From Haliotis rubra (lineage: Eukaryota), in contig NW_025765021.1 in assembly GCF_003918875.1 (NCBI RefSeq), positions 124,001 to 188,000 on the forward strand: a stretch of 64,000 nt of DNA. Direction: 5' to 3'. Of the stretch, positions 36,759 through 49,467 are shown in pieces. A model generated the notes under the pieces. The model did no database searches, was not told the origin of the DNA, and saw only the letters and a program-made list of their open reading frames with translations. The translations under genes and the position numbers were made by a program. Each line of letters opens with the position of its first letter. Position 1 is the stretch's first letter.

Positions 36759-37068
36759 ATGAACGCTATGAACATTCCATATATGTATTTAATCTATTGA
36801 CAAAGGTCGTACGATAATGAGCTTGATAAGGATTAACTGAAATTATCGAAAACTACTTACTGTTAGAAACTGTTGTACTCGGTATAGGCTGCGTGAATGT
36901 CCTACCAACTATTGACAACAGGTGTTGCCATCGGTGTAACTGTCAGATTATTGAACAAGTAGTTTCATGATATAATTTTATCACACGCGGAAAACTGAAA
37001 TAGTTTATGTACACTCTTGAGATAACAATTTAATCCTTTTGAAACACGACACAACAACATCATTGTAT

Positions 37069-37423
37069 GAGGTGAGGTGAAATTGGGTTTAACGTCGTGC
37101 TTGAGAATATTTCGCTCATATGACGGCGTGCATGCGTGTGTATGTGTATGTGCGGCTGCTTCTACTAGCCAAGACTGAAGCTGGTTTTTTATAGTGCTAG
37201 TTCACTGAGATACCATGCCGCAGTGAAGCATGAATACCCCACTCAGACACAGTATACTGACTCCGAGCCGACCAGTCCTTGTTGTACCCATTAATGTCGA
37301 GCGCCAGGCAGGGACCAACAAGTACCATATTTTAACGTCTTTTGGTATGACTCGGTCGGGGATCGAACCTGCGACCTTCCGCTCTTCGGGCGGACGCTCT
37401 AACCACTACACCACGGAGTCGGT
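37069..37423 (-). mobile_element. SINE family A
   Basis: TSD ttgtatgag. Confidence 0.85.
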
Positions 37424-37999
37424 CGTTGTATGAGAATGGGAAGGAAGATATAATGCTTTGATATATTTCTAGAAATACATTTATTTAAAATATACCTATC
37501 CTATATCTGGTCAAACGTCACTTTGACTGAGAGTTTCCTAAGCATTAGGCAGTTGTAAAACATAGGTGTTTTCATGAACGCGTTTGTGCTCTTTTTAGGT
37601 GGAAAGATGGAGGAACAATAACGAGTTATGACGCGCACATAATTCCCATTAGAGTTTTATTAAACAATGAATCCACCTCACGGATAAGTTCTTATACTGG
37701 TTTCAAAGATCGAAGAATAGATTATATATGCATTTGTATACTTCCCGTTTCAGGCACGTAAAACAATTCGCTTAACTGCAACAAAACTATGGATTTAAAT
37801 GATTTAACATAGAAAGGGGGACAGCTTCCATGATACAGACATACATTATAGAATATGTCGTCATGACCAGTAAGCATTTCTGTAGAAACTCACCCATAAA
37901 AGAACAATCCGATTTGAAACTCAATATTATCATTTGACCACAAATAAATATAAAAGGCGTGTATAGAGAATAACATGAATGGTAGCAGAGAAATCATCA

Positions 38000-38521
38000 A
38001 GCCTCACCTAAACTGTTCGAACCATATGGCCGAAGCTGGTTGGGCCTTGCGAAAACTGTTCGAACCAGATCGTCAGGCCTCTTCGAAAACTGTAAAACTG
38101 TTCGAAGCTGGTCCAGGTCGTCAAAGCTGGTCTCGTCTCGCGAAAACTGTTCGAACCAGGTCGTCAGGTCTCGCGAAAACTGTTCGAACCAGATCGTCAG
38201 GCCTCGCCTAAAGCTGTTCGAACCAGATCGTCAGGGTCTCGCGAAAACTGTTGGAACCAGATCGTCGAACTGTTTGAACCTGGTCGGCCTCGCCTAAAAC
38301 TGTTCGAACCAGGTCGTCAGGCCTCGCCTAAAACTGTTCGAACCTGGTCGTCAGGCCTCGCCTAAAACTGTTCGAACCAGGTCGTCAGGCCTCGCCTAAA
38401 ACTGTTCGAACCTGGTCGTCAGGCCTCGCCTAAAACTGTTCGAACCAGGTCGTCAGGCCTCGCCTAAAACTGTTCGAACCAGGTCGTCAGGCCTCGCGAA
38501 AACTGATCAAACCAGATCGTC
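38000..38521. repeat. Short array of the 34-bp satellite (about 15 units)
   Basis: Unit aaaactgttcgaaccaggtcgtcaggcctcgcct; degenerate on the left, homogeneous on the right. Confidence 0.9.
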
Positions 38522-39759
38522 TTCCCGTAATCAGTATAATTTACTCCATACAGCTGTACACTATGTAAACTGTAGTTATGAAAGGTTGGAATGTGCTCAG
38601 AACTGACCATGGACAAATATGGATATAAACTCTGAAGGTAGGCGGAGCCTGCAAAAGCAACCTAAAACTATTAGATTCTGTCCACCACCAAGTTCTAAGA
38701 CTTTGTCTTTGGTCTGTCAGAACCTCTCCTGTTGACAGTCTCTTCATAGAGGCCGATGAGCCATCCCTTAAGGCTTAGATGCAACCAACAAAATAAACAT
38801 AATTAAAACACAATTATCATTTATTCATGACATATAATATACATTGATGATTATGAAAAAAACAAATAAACAAAATTATAAGCGGACAATCGCAAATCAA
38901 AAGTGCAATATTTTGTACTTGGGTTTACTTCCCCTGAACGAAGCACCCGGGATACCGAACCCAGTCAGAGCGGGTGGGCGTGCACTTAAGTGTAACGATG
39001 ACTTTCATTGGCTGGTTCATTTTGCCGATACCCTCAGAGCTCCTTGTGTTTGTATAGAGATGTTGGGTTTTGTAAATACATGCTAATGTTTTTGTTGTGT
39101 ATAACATTTTGCAATCAACAGACATCATAACATGTCATGTGTACAAGTATCACACCTGCCTATCTGTGTAATTACATAATGTGACAGAGACAGAACTCAG
39201 GTGCATGAGCCATAAAATCAATGCGTTTTGTTTATGGTGTATAGCCTGATAGGTGTTAAGTTCAAATTGCATGAGGTCAGTGATCGAAGTTGTGTATTGC
39301 ATATTGTCATTAGCAGACAGGCAGGCAGACACATATGTGTCAATAAAACAGACATAGAGTTTTGTCAGTGACAAAGGCATATCTATATCACAGTTAGAAA
39401 TTCTGACAATGTTAAATAATGACGTATCAAAATGAGAAAAAGTTGACACATAGCTGAGTAGATCTAGATCCTTAACAAGGTTCTTTTTGTAACGAATAGA
39501 TTATTTACTATTGTTGTTTGTGTACACAACCAAGATTAGACTACTCCTGCTCAATTTTAAGACCTGGTAATCCGTAAATCCCTGCGTTAAGCTGTACGAA
39601 CCTATTCACTGCGCAGCACAGCTGTTGAAACCACTTTTCACCCCAGCTGGGGTGAATTTAGTGAATCGTATGAACTCCGATTATTTATCCAACGCCGTAA
39701 CGTAAGCTTTAACCAACGCCGTATAAATGTATCCTTACATTTTATAGCAACAGTCTAAC

Positions 39760-42700
39760 ACTGCACTCAACTGTGTTTTTAATTCTCTTTATGAGGATCG
39801 GTACAACAAGAAGTCATTTCTTATTCCGCCTCTAGGACTAAGAGTCAAACCTATCCTCTCTGCTCCTTCTGGCATTGAGCTAGAAATTATATCTCCTTCC
39901 CACTTTCTTTATTATCCTTGGCAATTGAAATTAGTAGGGCCACAAATTGACCTAACACTGACAACATTTAACAAATCAGAAACTAATGACTTACAATATA
40001 AACAAGAATTTAATCCATCAAAACGTAAATATAATACATACAAATCCTTATTTACAGATGGGTCCACGGATGGTGGCGCATTGGCTACTGCCATTGGATC
40101 CAGAACAATATCTTCTAGAATACCGGATAACAGCTATACTTTCACAGCAGAAGCTAAATTCATTTTAACGGCTCTTAATATAGCACTCAACAAATCTGTG
40201 ATACCACTTCTTATTCCATACAGCGATTACAAAGCTATCAGTAGATCGTACATTCGTGATCTGATACAGGAGACGTGGGACACTCAGGTAGGCATTAATT
40301 CATTACATCCTATAATGGTTATACCTACTTGGATTGTCAGGCCAGATTTGAAGAGGCCATTTTAAGACGATGCCGTATTGGCCATTCTCGACGTACTCAT
40401 GAATGCCTTCGTGATCATCTGCTTGCAGACATGACTGACCTCCATATTGTATCCGAAATGAAAGACCAAGGAGTATCATTCGTCAAACGGTTTACAACCA
40501 GGAAAAATAATGAGACTGTTCAAACAAACACCTACCTGTTTTCCTTTTCTGCACCAAGTCCTCCAAAGTCACTCAAGGCAGGCGACTGCAATCTGAGCGT
40601 TGATCTATACATTCTAAACCCTCTGCGCTGCTTCAAGTGTCAGAAATACGGACATGGTGTGAATACTTGCACATTGTCTGTTACATGTGCTCACTGTGCT
40701 GAGAATCACATGTAACAGAAGATTGTGATAGTATTTATAAAAAAATTGCAAACTGTTCGGGAACTCACTCGTCTTTTTCTAAAGAATGTCCCATTTGGAA
40801 AAAGCAAATGGAAATTAACAGAATCAAATTTTTCAGCAACGTCAGTTTTGCAGAAGCAAAAACAAATTGTACGGTCAACTGAACTCACTGAAACTTACGC
40901 CTCCGGCACCAAAACTCCTGAAACATCCTCAGAAGGAACTACTTTACCAGTTCTTACTTCATCAAGCTCATGTCAGACTGACTTGACATGGGTGAATACA
41001 GAACATCCCAAATCTATCTTTCCTGAACGGTCCACTCAGACAACACCACCTTCTATGCAGCAAAACGTATCTTCTACTCCTCCTCAGTCTCGATCTCAGT
41101 GTGAAAGGAAGAATGAAAAACAAACAGTAAAATCGAAAACCAAAACAAGAACAGAACCTTCGAAACCAAATCGGGCTCCTAGCGGGTCAGATGATAAGAT
41201 ATAATTGTTTAAAAAGTTTGGATCAATGGAGGATATGGGCGTTTCTGACGTCCATACCAAGGCACATAGCTTGTCGCCCTCAAAGAAGTGTGGAGTAGAT
41301 CCCCAATCAACCCACCAAAAGATAATGTATTCCAAAACTATAGTACAGTGGAATTGTAGAGGATTAAGAACCAATTTTAATGAGTTACAGTTATTAGTCC
41401 AGGATCTGGCACAATCAGCATTCTGTCTGCCGGAAACTTATCTGAAACAGACAGATACATTTAATCTACGTCAGTTCGAAGCATATTATTATTTCTCACC
41501 TCCGGGTGATAGGGCCACTGGTGGATCTTCAATCCTTGTTAAGCAGAATGTTATTCACAGCCCTTTCACACTTACAACTAATCTTCATGCTCGTTGTATA
41601 TTCCGCCTTCTTCAACACTTCAACTGTCTGATCTTCAAGCTCTCTATGGTCAACTTCCGAAACTCTGCATTATAATGGGTGATCTTAATGGCCATAACCC
41701 ACTCTGGGGTGGTACAAATACTAACACTAAAGGTAAAACACTGGAAGATGTTATCTCCAATAATGATTTGTGTATATACAATGATGATACGAGCACTTAT
41801 CTTCATCCTGCAACCGGCTCCTACACTTCTCTGGATTTGTCGCTTGCATACTCTAATCTACTATATGAATTTGATTGGTCAGTCCACAACGACCTCTGTG
41901 GAATTGATCACTTTCAAACGATATTATCAGAAATGTATCCAATTGATTCTCCATCTTACACAAGATGGAACTTTTCCAAGGCAGACTGGTCCTTCTTTCA
42001 AATTTTATGCACATCTCAACTAAGACCCGGATGTTTCAGTGATGTTGCTGATCCTATTCAGGTATTTTCTGACGTTTTAAACGTAATTGCTGATGAATGC
42101 ATACCAAAATCCTCTACAACTCCACATGTACTGAAGCCATGGTTTAATGCAAACTGTAAACATGCTAGAAAAGCGAGAAAAAAGGCAGAGAAATATATCC
42201 GCCATCACCCAACTGTCCATAACTTAAATAAATTTAAAATGCTAAATGCGAAGGTACGTCGTACCTTCAAGCAAAATAAATGTCAATCTTGGCGAAACTA
42301 TGTTTCAAAAATTCATTCACGAACACCTGTGTCCAAAATCTGGAATATGGTGCAATGGATAAAAGGTAAAGGATCAAAATCTGATCTTCATCATCTTAAG
42401 AATGGGAACACTATACTAACTGATCAATCTGACATAGCTAATACATTAGGAGAAACTGTAGCTCAACATTCCTCCTCATCAAATTATACACCAACATTTC
42501 AAAACTTTAAACAACAAGCTGAAAACATTATAATCAATTTTGCGTCTAATAATGGTGAGGACTGCAATGATGTCTTCTCCATTCATGAGCTACATACTGC
42601 CTTAGGGCAAGCTCATGATACTGCTACGGGTGCTGATGGTATTCATTATCAGTTACTTAAACATTTACCTGATTCCTGTTTAGAGATGACATGTTGCCGA

Positions 42701-43469
42701 TGTGACGTTAAATATTAACTCACTCACTCATGAATACCTGTTAAAAGGTTTTGCATCCCTTGTGATGAGAGAATCCCAATCAAGCATGTCCTGCTTGACT
42801 GTATTGATTCTTTCATCACAAGGGATAAGTATTCCAATGTCAAAACATTGAATGATCTTTTTAGTGTGAATTATCATTTAAACATTTTATTTAAAGAATT
42901 GTTAGATAACTTTTGATTATATTTGTGTAAATAGATAAATGTTTTGTTAGTAGTAGGTTTAATTAAGAAGAGAGATTGTTAGTGGCTGTATCCTCGAAGG
43001 GGGTTGAAGTACTGTAAAATTCTTGTCCTCCTGAGAGGGTACGTAAGTCCCATAACAATTAAATTAAATGCAAGCATACTACTATTTAATCGCTGCGTGC
43101 ATGTTATTTTAAACTATGGCTGAAGTTGTCCCAACTTGCAAATAGCTGAAGGGATGGTGTAAATCCAGATAGGGTCCCTGCAGTAAACAAATGTACTGTA
43201 AGTCCCCATGGTCCCTAGCATGGTGATCTACCTTCAGTTGTTGACAACCTATAGCCAATAATATTTTTTTTATATTGTCTTGTCATTTATAGTTAAGATG
43301 TTTTAGAGTTAATTATAGGTTTTAAATTATAAGTGTGATAATTTACTTTACTGTCCTTCGTTGACAGCTATTTATAAATTACCTTTGATTATTATGAATA
43401 TACAACTTGATATAGTCACGATATGGCTGAAATACTGCCGATGTGAATTTAAAAATTAACTCACTCACT
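39760..43469 (+). mobile_element. Nimb/I-clade LINE 3' part (RNase H, C-terminal Cys motif, 3' UTR), interrupted by a nested copy
   Basis: FTDGS...FTAE...IGHSRRTHE | YLLKG..CIPCDERI.IKHVLLDC; 3' tail ctgccgatgtgaatttaaaaattaactcactcact. Confidence 0.75.
40405..42725 (+). mobile_element. Nested RT-less Nimb/I-clade LINE (ORF1 zinc knuckles, APE endonuclease, 3' tail)
   Basis: CFKCQKYGHGVNTC / CAHCAENH; QWNCRG, GDLNGH, DHF; jumps to the tail ccgatgtgacgttaaatattaactcact; TSD actcatgaat (40395-40404 and 42726-42735). Confidence 0.8.
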
Positions 43470-44080
43470 GGAGGTTGGCCCGTACTCAAAGTTGAAGGTA
43501 GGCCCGAGGAATAACGCTGAAAGTAGTCCCGTAAATAAACGTTGATGGTTGCTTGTGTATAAACGTTTAAGACGGAGACCGTGTACAATAAACCTTTAAG
43601 GTTGCTCGAAAATAAATGTTGATGGTAGGTCCGTATATAAATGTTGATGGTAGGCTCGTATATAATGGTTGATTGTAGGTCCGTATATAAATTGATGGTA
43701 GGCTCGTATATAATGGTTGAATGTAGGCCTGCATTTAAACGTTGATGATAGGTCTGTATATAAATATTGATGGTAGGCTCGTATATAAAGTTGAAGGTAG
43801 GCCTGCATTTAAACGTTGATGGTAGGTCTGTATATATATATATTGATGGTAGGCTCGTATATAAAAGTTGAAGGTAGGCCTGCATTTAAATGTTGATGGT
43901 AGGTCTGTATATAAATCTTGATGGTAGGCTCGTATATAAAAGTTGAAGGTAGGCCTGCATTTAAACGTTGATGGTAGATCTAAATATAAATGTTGATGGT
44001 GGGCTCGTATATAAAGTTGAAGGTAGGCCTGCTTTAAACGTTGATGGAAGGTCCGTATATATAGGTTGAAGGTAGGCCCA
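43470..44080. repeat. Minisatellite, 25-28 bp units with a trimeric higher-order period
   Basis: Alternating gttgatggtaggtctgtatata / ttgatggtaggctcgtatata / gttgaaggtaggcctgcattt units. Confidence 0.85.
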
Positions 44081-44569
44081 TGTCATCGTATCTCAATTGC
44101 GTAGATCGATGTTCATGCTTTTTATCACTGGATTGTCTGGTCCACACTCGATTGTTTACAGATCGCTACCAATGTAACTGGAACATTGCTGAGTGTGGAG
44201 TTAAACAACAAACAAACAAACACACGCTTTATGGGGACTGTCATTATTGTGTGTGTGGCTGTTTCTACTTAGAACGAATTCATATTTTTAAGTTTGGTGG
44301 CCGTCTCCAACCTCCTCCCGCTTTTAGATTGTCATTAGAGTTCAGTTTGAAGTATGCGCTGACGCTCAGGTATGATCATTTAGGCGTAAGGAGTTACCTC
44401 CCTTACATTACATTCTCATTTTTCTCACGCAGAGACAGGCTGTTTTCCTATGCTGTTTTCCTAATATCAAATTAAGTTGAGACCATCCGTTGTGTGAAGA
44501 TCGTTATTTTCAACCGCTGCTGCTACCAGATAAATATTATTATAACTGATTTTAGTGATATGACTGTGT

Positions 44570-44912
44570 GGAGCGCAGTAGTGCAGTGGTAAGGCGTCTG
44601 CCTATCACGCTGAAGCCCGGGTTCGATCCTAGGTTCGGTCCCGAGGTGGGCACATTGCGTTCTATCCTTGGACAATATACTTAGATCCACATCGTGTCAG
44701 TTCCCCAGCTGTAAAATGGGTACCCGTGAGGATGTGCTGGCTATGTGAATGTTCATTGGGCCTAACAGGCAGTATAGCTGTATCGTCCCCAGGGAGTTGA
44801 AAAAGTATCGGAAAGTATCGGAAAATCCTATGACAGGGGGTAATAATGTACGTAGCGCCGTGAACAGGCAATGTGCCTGGATATAAGCGCCATATAAGCT
44901 GAGTATTACTAT
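44570..44912 (+). mobile_element. tRNA-derived CORE-like SINE (head-only copy at about 26555-26610)
   Basis: A box tagtgcagtggt, B box gggttcgatcc, CORE-like tccttggacaa...cccagctgtaaaatgggtacc. Confidence 0.7.
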
Positions 44913-46514
44913 ATTACCATTGTAATTGTAATATATACTGGCACTGGAACAGCACAGACTTTGACTCTTGTACTGCCATTGCCATTGTTACAGCTTTGCA
45001 GTAATTTATGTTGGTTTGTAAACCTAGTTAATTTCACAATGGAATTGTTAATTGTGCAAGATTTCTTTGTAGGTTGGTAAACACTGAAGTTGTTCCGCAC
45101 AGTCTTGCGTATAGATGTCTGTGTGAACTTACCACCTTAAACAGGACATCGGCATGTTGAAACATGTTACTCCACTAACACACATTACATAGACTCAGAG
45201 CCCAAAAGTTCCATTTTATCACCTCACTCACTCACTCCATACAAGGTAACAACAAGTATCATATTTTGACGTCTTTTGGAAAAGACGATTCGATCCCCGA
45301 AAGCCACTGTGTCAGTTCTACCACAGAGAGTTGCCTGTAGGGAGTGGTTGTTATATAGTTGCATCTTCAATAATAAACCCTGAAAACCCGTTTAAAGTGA
45401 ACTTTGTGACAAACATATATTACCATGTTAAATGTTGGTAATTGATATTTTTTCTTTATTGGCATAAATGGTGAAAAACATATTGCCTACAATGCTGCTG
45501 TACAAAATCATCCTCGACTATACACTATAATTATACGTTGTTTACCATGGCGATTTATGACCCAGGACATAATAAAGATTTCCGGAAATATAATTTCTGA
45601 AAAGGTCACTTTAATTTGTGACAAATATATTTCGTACGAAAGGATCCTGGTTAAATAATGTTCGGAAGTTTAAATAAAAACATCGTTCTTTTGTTTATAA
45701 CTGATATATAGAGCCACAGGGTTTAAAGTAAAGGAATACTGTTTCCTGCGAAAATATGATGACCATTTTAACTGCGGGGTTACATGGGCATGCATGCACT
45801 ATCATGTTTATGACATCCTGAAACTACGGTCTATGGTTCACTACGAGTATGTCATGACGATCAGGAAATATGGCGCGAGAATCGTGTGATTCATACACGA
45901 AATACTCAAGTGATTTTTCCTGTCATAGTCCGCCTGGACAGTTAAACTCATCGACTAATATATTTCTAGAATATTGAAACCACAAATATCCAGTGTCTGG
46001 TCATAAGTCGCTTTGACTCACTCACCCTAGGCATTAAGCAATTGGAAAATATAAGTGTTGACATGATCGCGTTTGTGCTCTTTTTAGGTGGAAAGATGGA
46101 GGAACAATAACGAGGTACGATGCGCACATAATTCCCATTAGAGTTTTATTAAATATACTGGCATCGAATCCACCACACACAGAGATAAGTTCTTATGCAG
46201 GTTTCAAAGGCCGAAGAATATAATATGCGCATTTGCATAATTCTAAGTTTCTCGCCTTTTAGAATTGCACAAGATTTCGCTTAACTGCGACAAAACCATA
46301 TTGAAAATGGTTTAAGATAGAAAGGCGAAGAGATTCTATGATACAGGCATACATTAAAGAATATGTTCGCATGGTCAATAACCATTCGCGTGGGATCTCA
46401 CCGATAAAAGAACAATCCGATATGAAACTAAATATAACCAGGTGGCCACAAAGAAGTATATAACGCGTGCAATGAGAATATCATGAGCGGTAGGAGAGAA
46501 ATCATCAAAACTCG

Positions 46515-49467
46515 CTTAAAATTGTTCGAACCAGGTCGTCAGGCCTCGCCTATAACTGTTTGAACCTGGTCGTCAGGCCCCGCCCATAACTGTTTGAACC
46601 AGGTCGTCAGGCCTCGACTATAACTGTTTGAACCTGGTCGTCAGGCCTCGCCCATAACTGTTTGAACCTGGTCGTCAGGCCTCGCCCATAACTGTTTGAA
46701 CCTGGTCGTCAGGCCTCACCCATAACTGTTTGAACCTGGTCGTCAGGCCTCGCCTATAACTGTTTGAACCTGGTCGTCAGGCCTCACCTATAACTGTTTG
46801 AACCTGGTCGTCAGCCCTCGCCTATAACTGTTTGAACCTGGTCGTCAGGCCTCGCCTATAACTGTTTGAACCTGGTCGTCAGGCCTCGCCTATAACTGTT
46901 TGAACCTGGTCGTCAGGCCTCGCCTATAACTGTTTGAACCTGGTCGTCAGGCCTCGCCTATAACTGTTTGAACCTGGTCGTCAGGCCTCGCCTATAACTG
47001 TTTGAACCTAGTCGTCAGGCCTCACCTATAACTGTTTGAACCTGGTCGTCAGGCCTCGCCTATAACTGTTTGAACCTGGTCGTCAGGCCTCGCCTATAAC
47101 TGTTTGAACCTGGTCGTCAGGCCTCAGATATACCTGTTTGAACCTGGTCGTCAGGCCTCGCCTATAGCTGTTTGAACCTGGTCGTCAGGCCTCGCCTATA
47201 ACTGTTTGAACCTGGTCGTCAGGCCTCGCCTATAACTGTTTGAACCTGGTCGTCAGGCCTCGCCTATAACTGTTTGAACCTGGTCGTCAGGCCTCGCCTA
47301 TAACTGTTTGAACCTGGTCGTCAGGCCTCGCCTATAACTGTTTGAACCTGGTCGTCAGGCCTCGCCTATAGCTGTTTGAACCTGGTCGTCAGGCCTCGCC
47401 TATAACTGTTTGAACCTGGTCGTCAGGCCTCGCCTATAACTGTTTGAACCTGGTCGTCAGGCCTCACCTATAACTGTTTGAACCTGGTCGTTAGGCCCCG
47501 CCCATAACTGTTTGAACCTGGTCGTCAGGCCTCGCCTATAACTGTTTGAACCAGGTCGTCAGGCCTCGCCTATAACTGTTTGAACCTGGGCGTCAGGCCT
47601 CGCCTATAACTGTTTGAACCAGGTCGTCAGGCCTCGCCTATAACTGTTTGAACCTGGTCGTCAGGCCTCGCCTATAACTGTTTGAACCTGGTCGTCAGGC
47701 CTCGCCTATTACTGTTTGAACCTGGTCGTCAGGCCTGGCCTATAACTGTTTGAACCAGGTCGTCAGGCCCGCCCATAACTGTTTGAACCTGGTCGTCACG
47801 CCTCGCCTATAACTGTTCGAACCAGGTCGTCAGGCCCGCCTATAACTGTTTGAACCTGGTCGTCAGGCCTCGCCTATAACTGTTTGAACCTGGTCGTCAG
47901 GCCTCGCCTATAGCTGTTTGAACCTGGTCGTCAGGCCTCGCCTATAACTGTTTGAACCTGGTTGTCAGGCCTCACCTATAACTGTTTGAACCTGGTCGTT
48001 AGGCCCCGCCCATAACTGTTTGAACCTGGTCGTCAGGCCTCGCCTATAACTGTTTGAACCAGGTCGTCAGGCCTCGCCTATAACTGTTTGAACCAGGTCG
48101 TCAGGCCTCGCCTATAACTGTTTGAACCTGGTCGCCAGGCCTCGCCTATAACTGTTCGAACCTGGTCGTCAGGCCTCGCCTATAACTGTTCGAACCAGGT
48201 CGTCAGGCCTCGCCTATAACTGTTTGAACCTGGTCGTCAGGCCTCGCCTATAACTGTTTGAACCTAGTCGTCAGGCCTCACCTATAACTGTTTGAACCTG
48301 GTCGTCAGGCCTCGCCTATAACTGTTTGAACCTGGTCGTCAGGCCTCGAATATACCTGTTTGAACCTGGTCGTCAGGCCTCGCCTATAGCTGTTTGAACC
48401 TGGTCGTCAGGCCTCGCCTATAACTGTTTGAACCTGGTCGTCAGGCCTCGCCTATAACTGTTTGAACCTGGTCGTCAGGCCTCGCCTATAGCTGTTTGAA
48501 CCTGGTCGTGAGGCCTCGCCTATAACTGTTTGAACCTGGTCGTCAGGCCTCGCCTATAACTGTTTGAACCTGGTCGTCAGGCCTCGCCTATAACTGTTTG
48601 AACCTGGTCGTCAGGCCTCGCCTATAACTGTTTGAATCTGGTCGTTAGGCCCGCCTATAACTGTTTGAACCTGGTCGTCAGGCCTCGCCTATAACTGTTT
48701 GAACCAGGTCGTCAGGCCTCGCCCATAACTGTTTGAACCTGGGCGTCAGGCCTCGCCTATAACTGTTTGAACCTGGTCGTCAGGCCTCGCCTATAACTGT
48801 TTGAACCTGGTCGTCAGGCCTCGCCTATAACTGTTTGAACCTGGTCGTGAGGCCTCGCCTATTACTGTTTGAACCTGGTCGTCAGGCCTGGCCTATAACT
48901 GTTTGAACCAGGTCGTCAGGCCCGCCCATAACTGTTTGAACCTGGTCGTCACGCCTCGCCTATAACTGTTCGAACCAGGTCGTCAGGCCCGCCTATAACT
49001 GTTTGAACCTGGTCGTCAGGCCCGCCCATAACTGTTTGAACCAGGTCGTCAGGCCCGCCCATAACTGTTTGAACCAGGTCGTCAGGCCCGCCCATAACTG
49101 TTTGAACCTGGCCGTCAGGCCTCGCCTATAACTGTTTGAACCTGGTCGTCAGGCCTCGCCTATAACTGTTTGAACCTGGTCGTCAGGCCTCGCCTATAAC
49201 TGTTTGAACCTGGTCGTCAGGCCTCGCCTATAACTGTTCGAACCTGGTCGTCAGGCCTCGCCTATAACTGTTCGAACCAGGTCGTCAGGCCTCGCCTATA
49301 ACTGTTTGAACATGGTCGTCAGGCCTCGCCTATAACTGTTTGAACCAGGTCGTCAGGCCTCACCTATAACTGTTTGAACCTGGTCGTCAGGCCTCGCCTA
49401 TAACTGTTTGAATCAGGTCGTCAGGCCTCGCCTATAACTGTTTGAACCTGGTCGTCAGGCCTCGCCT
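46515..49467. repeat. 34-bp tandem satellite array (about 87 units)
   Basis: Unit aactgtttgaacctggtcgtcaggcctcgcctat, head-to-tail with no spacers. Confidence 0.95.

Noticed and set aside
37525-37650. NF-kB-like sites (gagagtttcc, aattccca) upstream of TLR A
   Set aside because: Imperfect matches to GGGRNNYYCC are expected by chance, and the first is not kept in the duplicated flank.
46515-49467. CRISPR-like array of 34-bp repeats (also 38000-38521)
   Set aside because: Units are contiguous with no unique spacers, there are no cas genes, and the context is eukaryotic; it is a tandem satellite.
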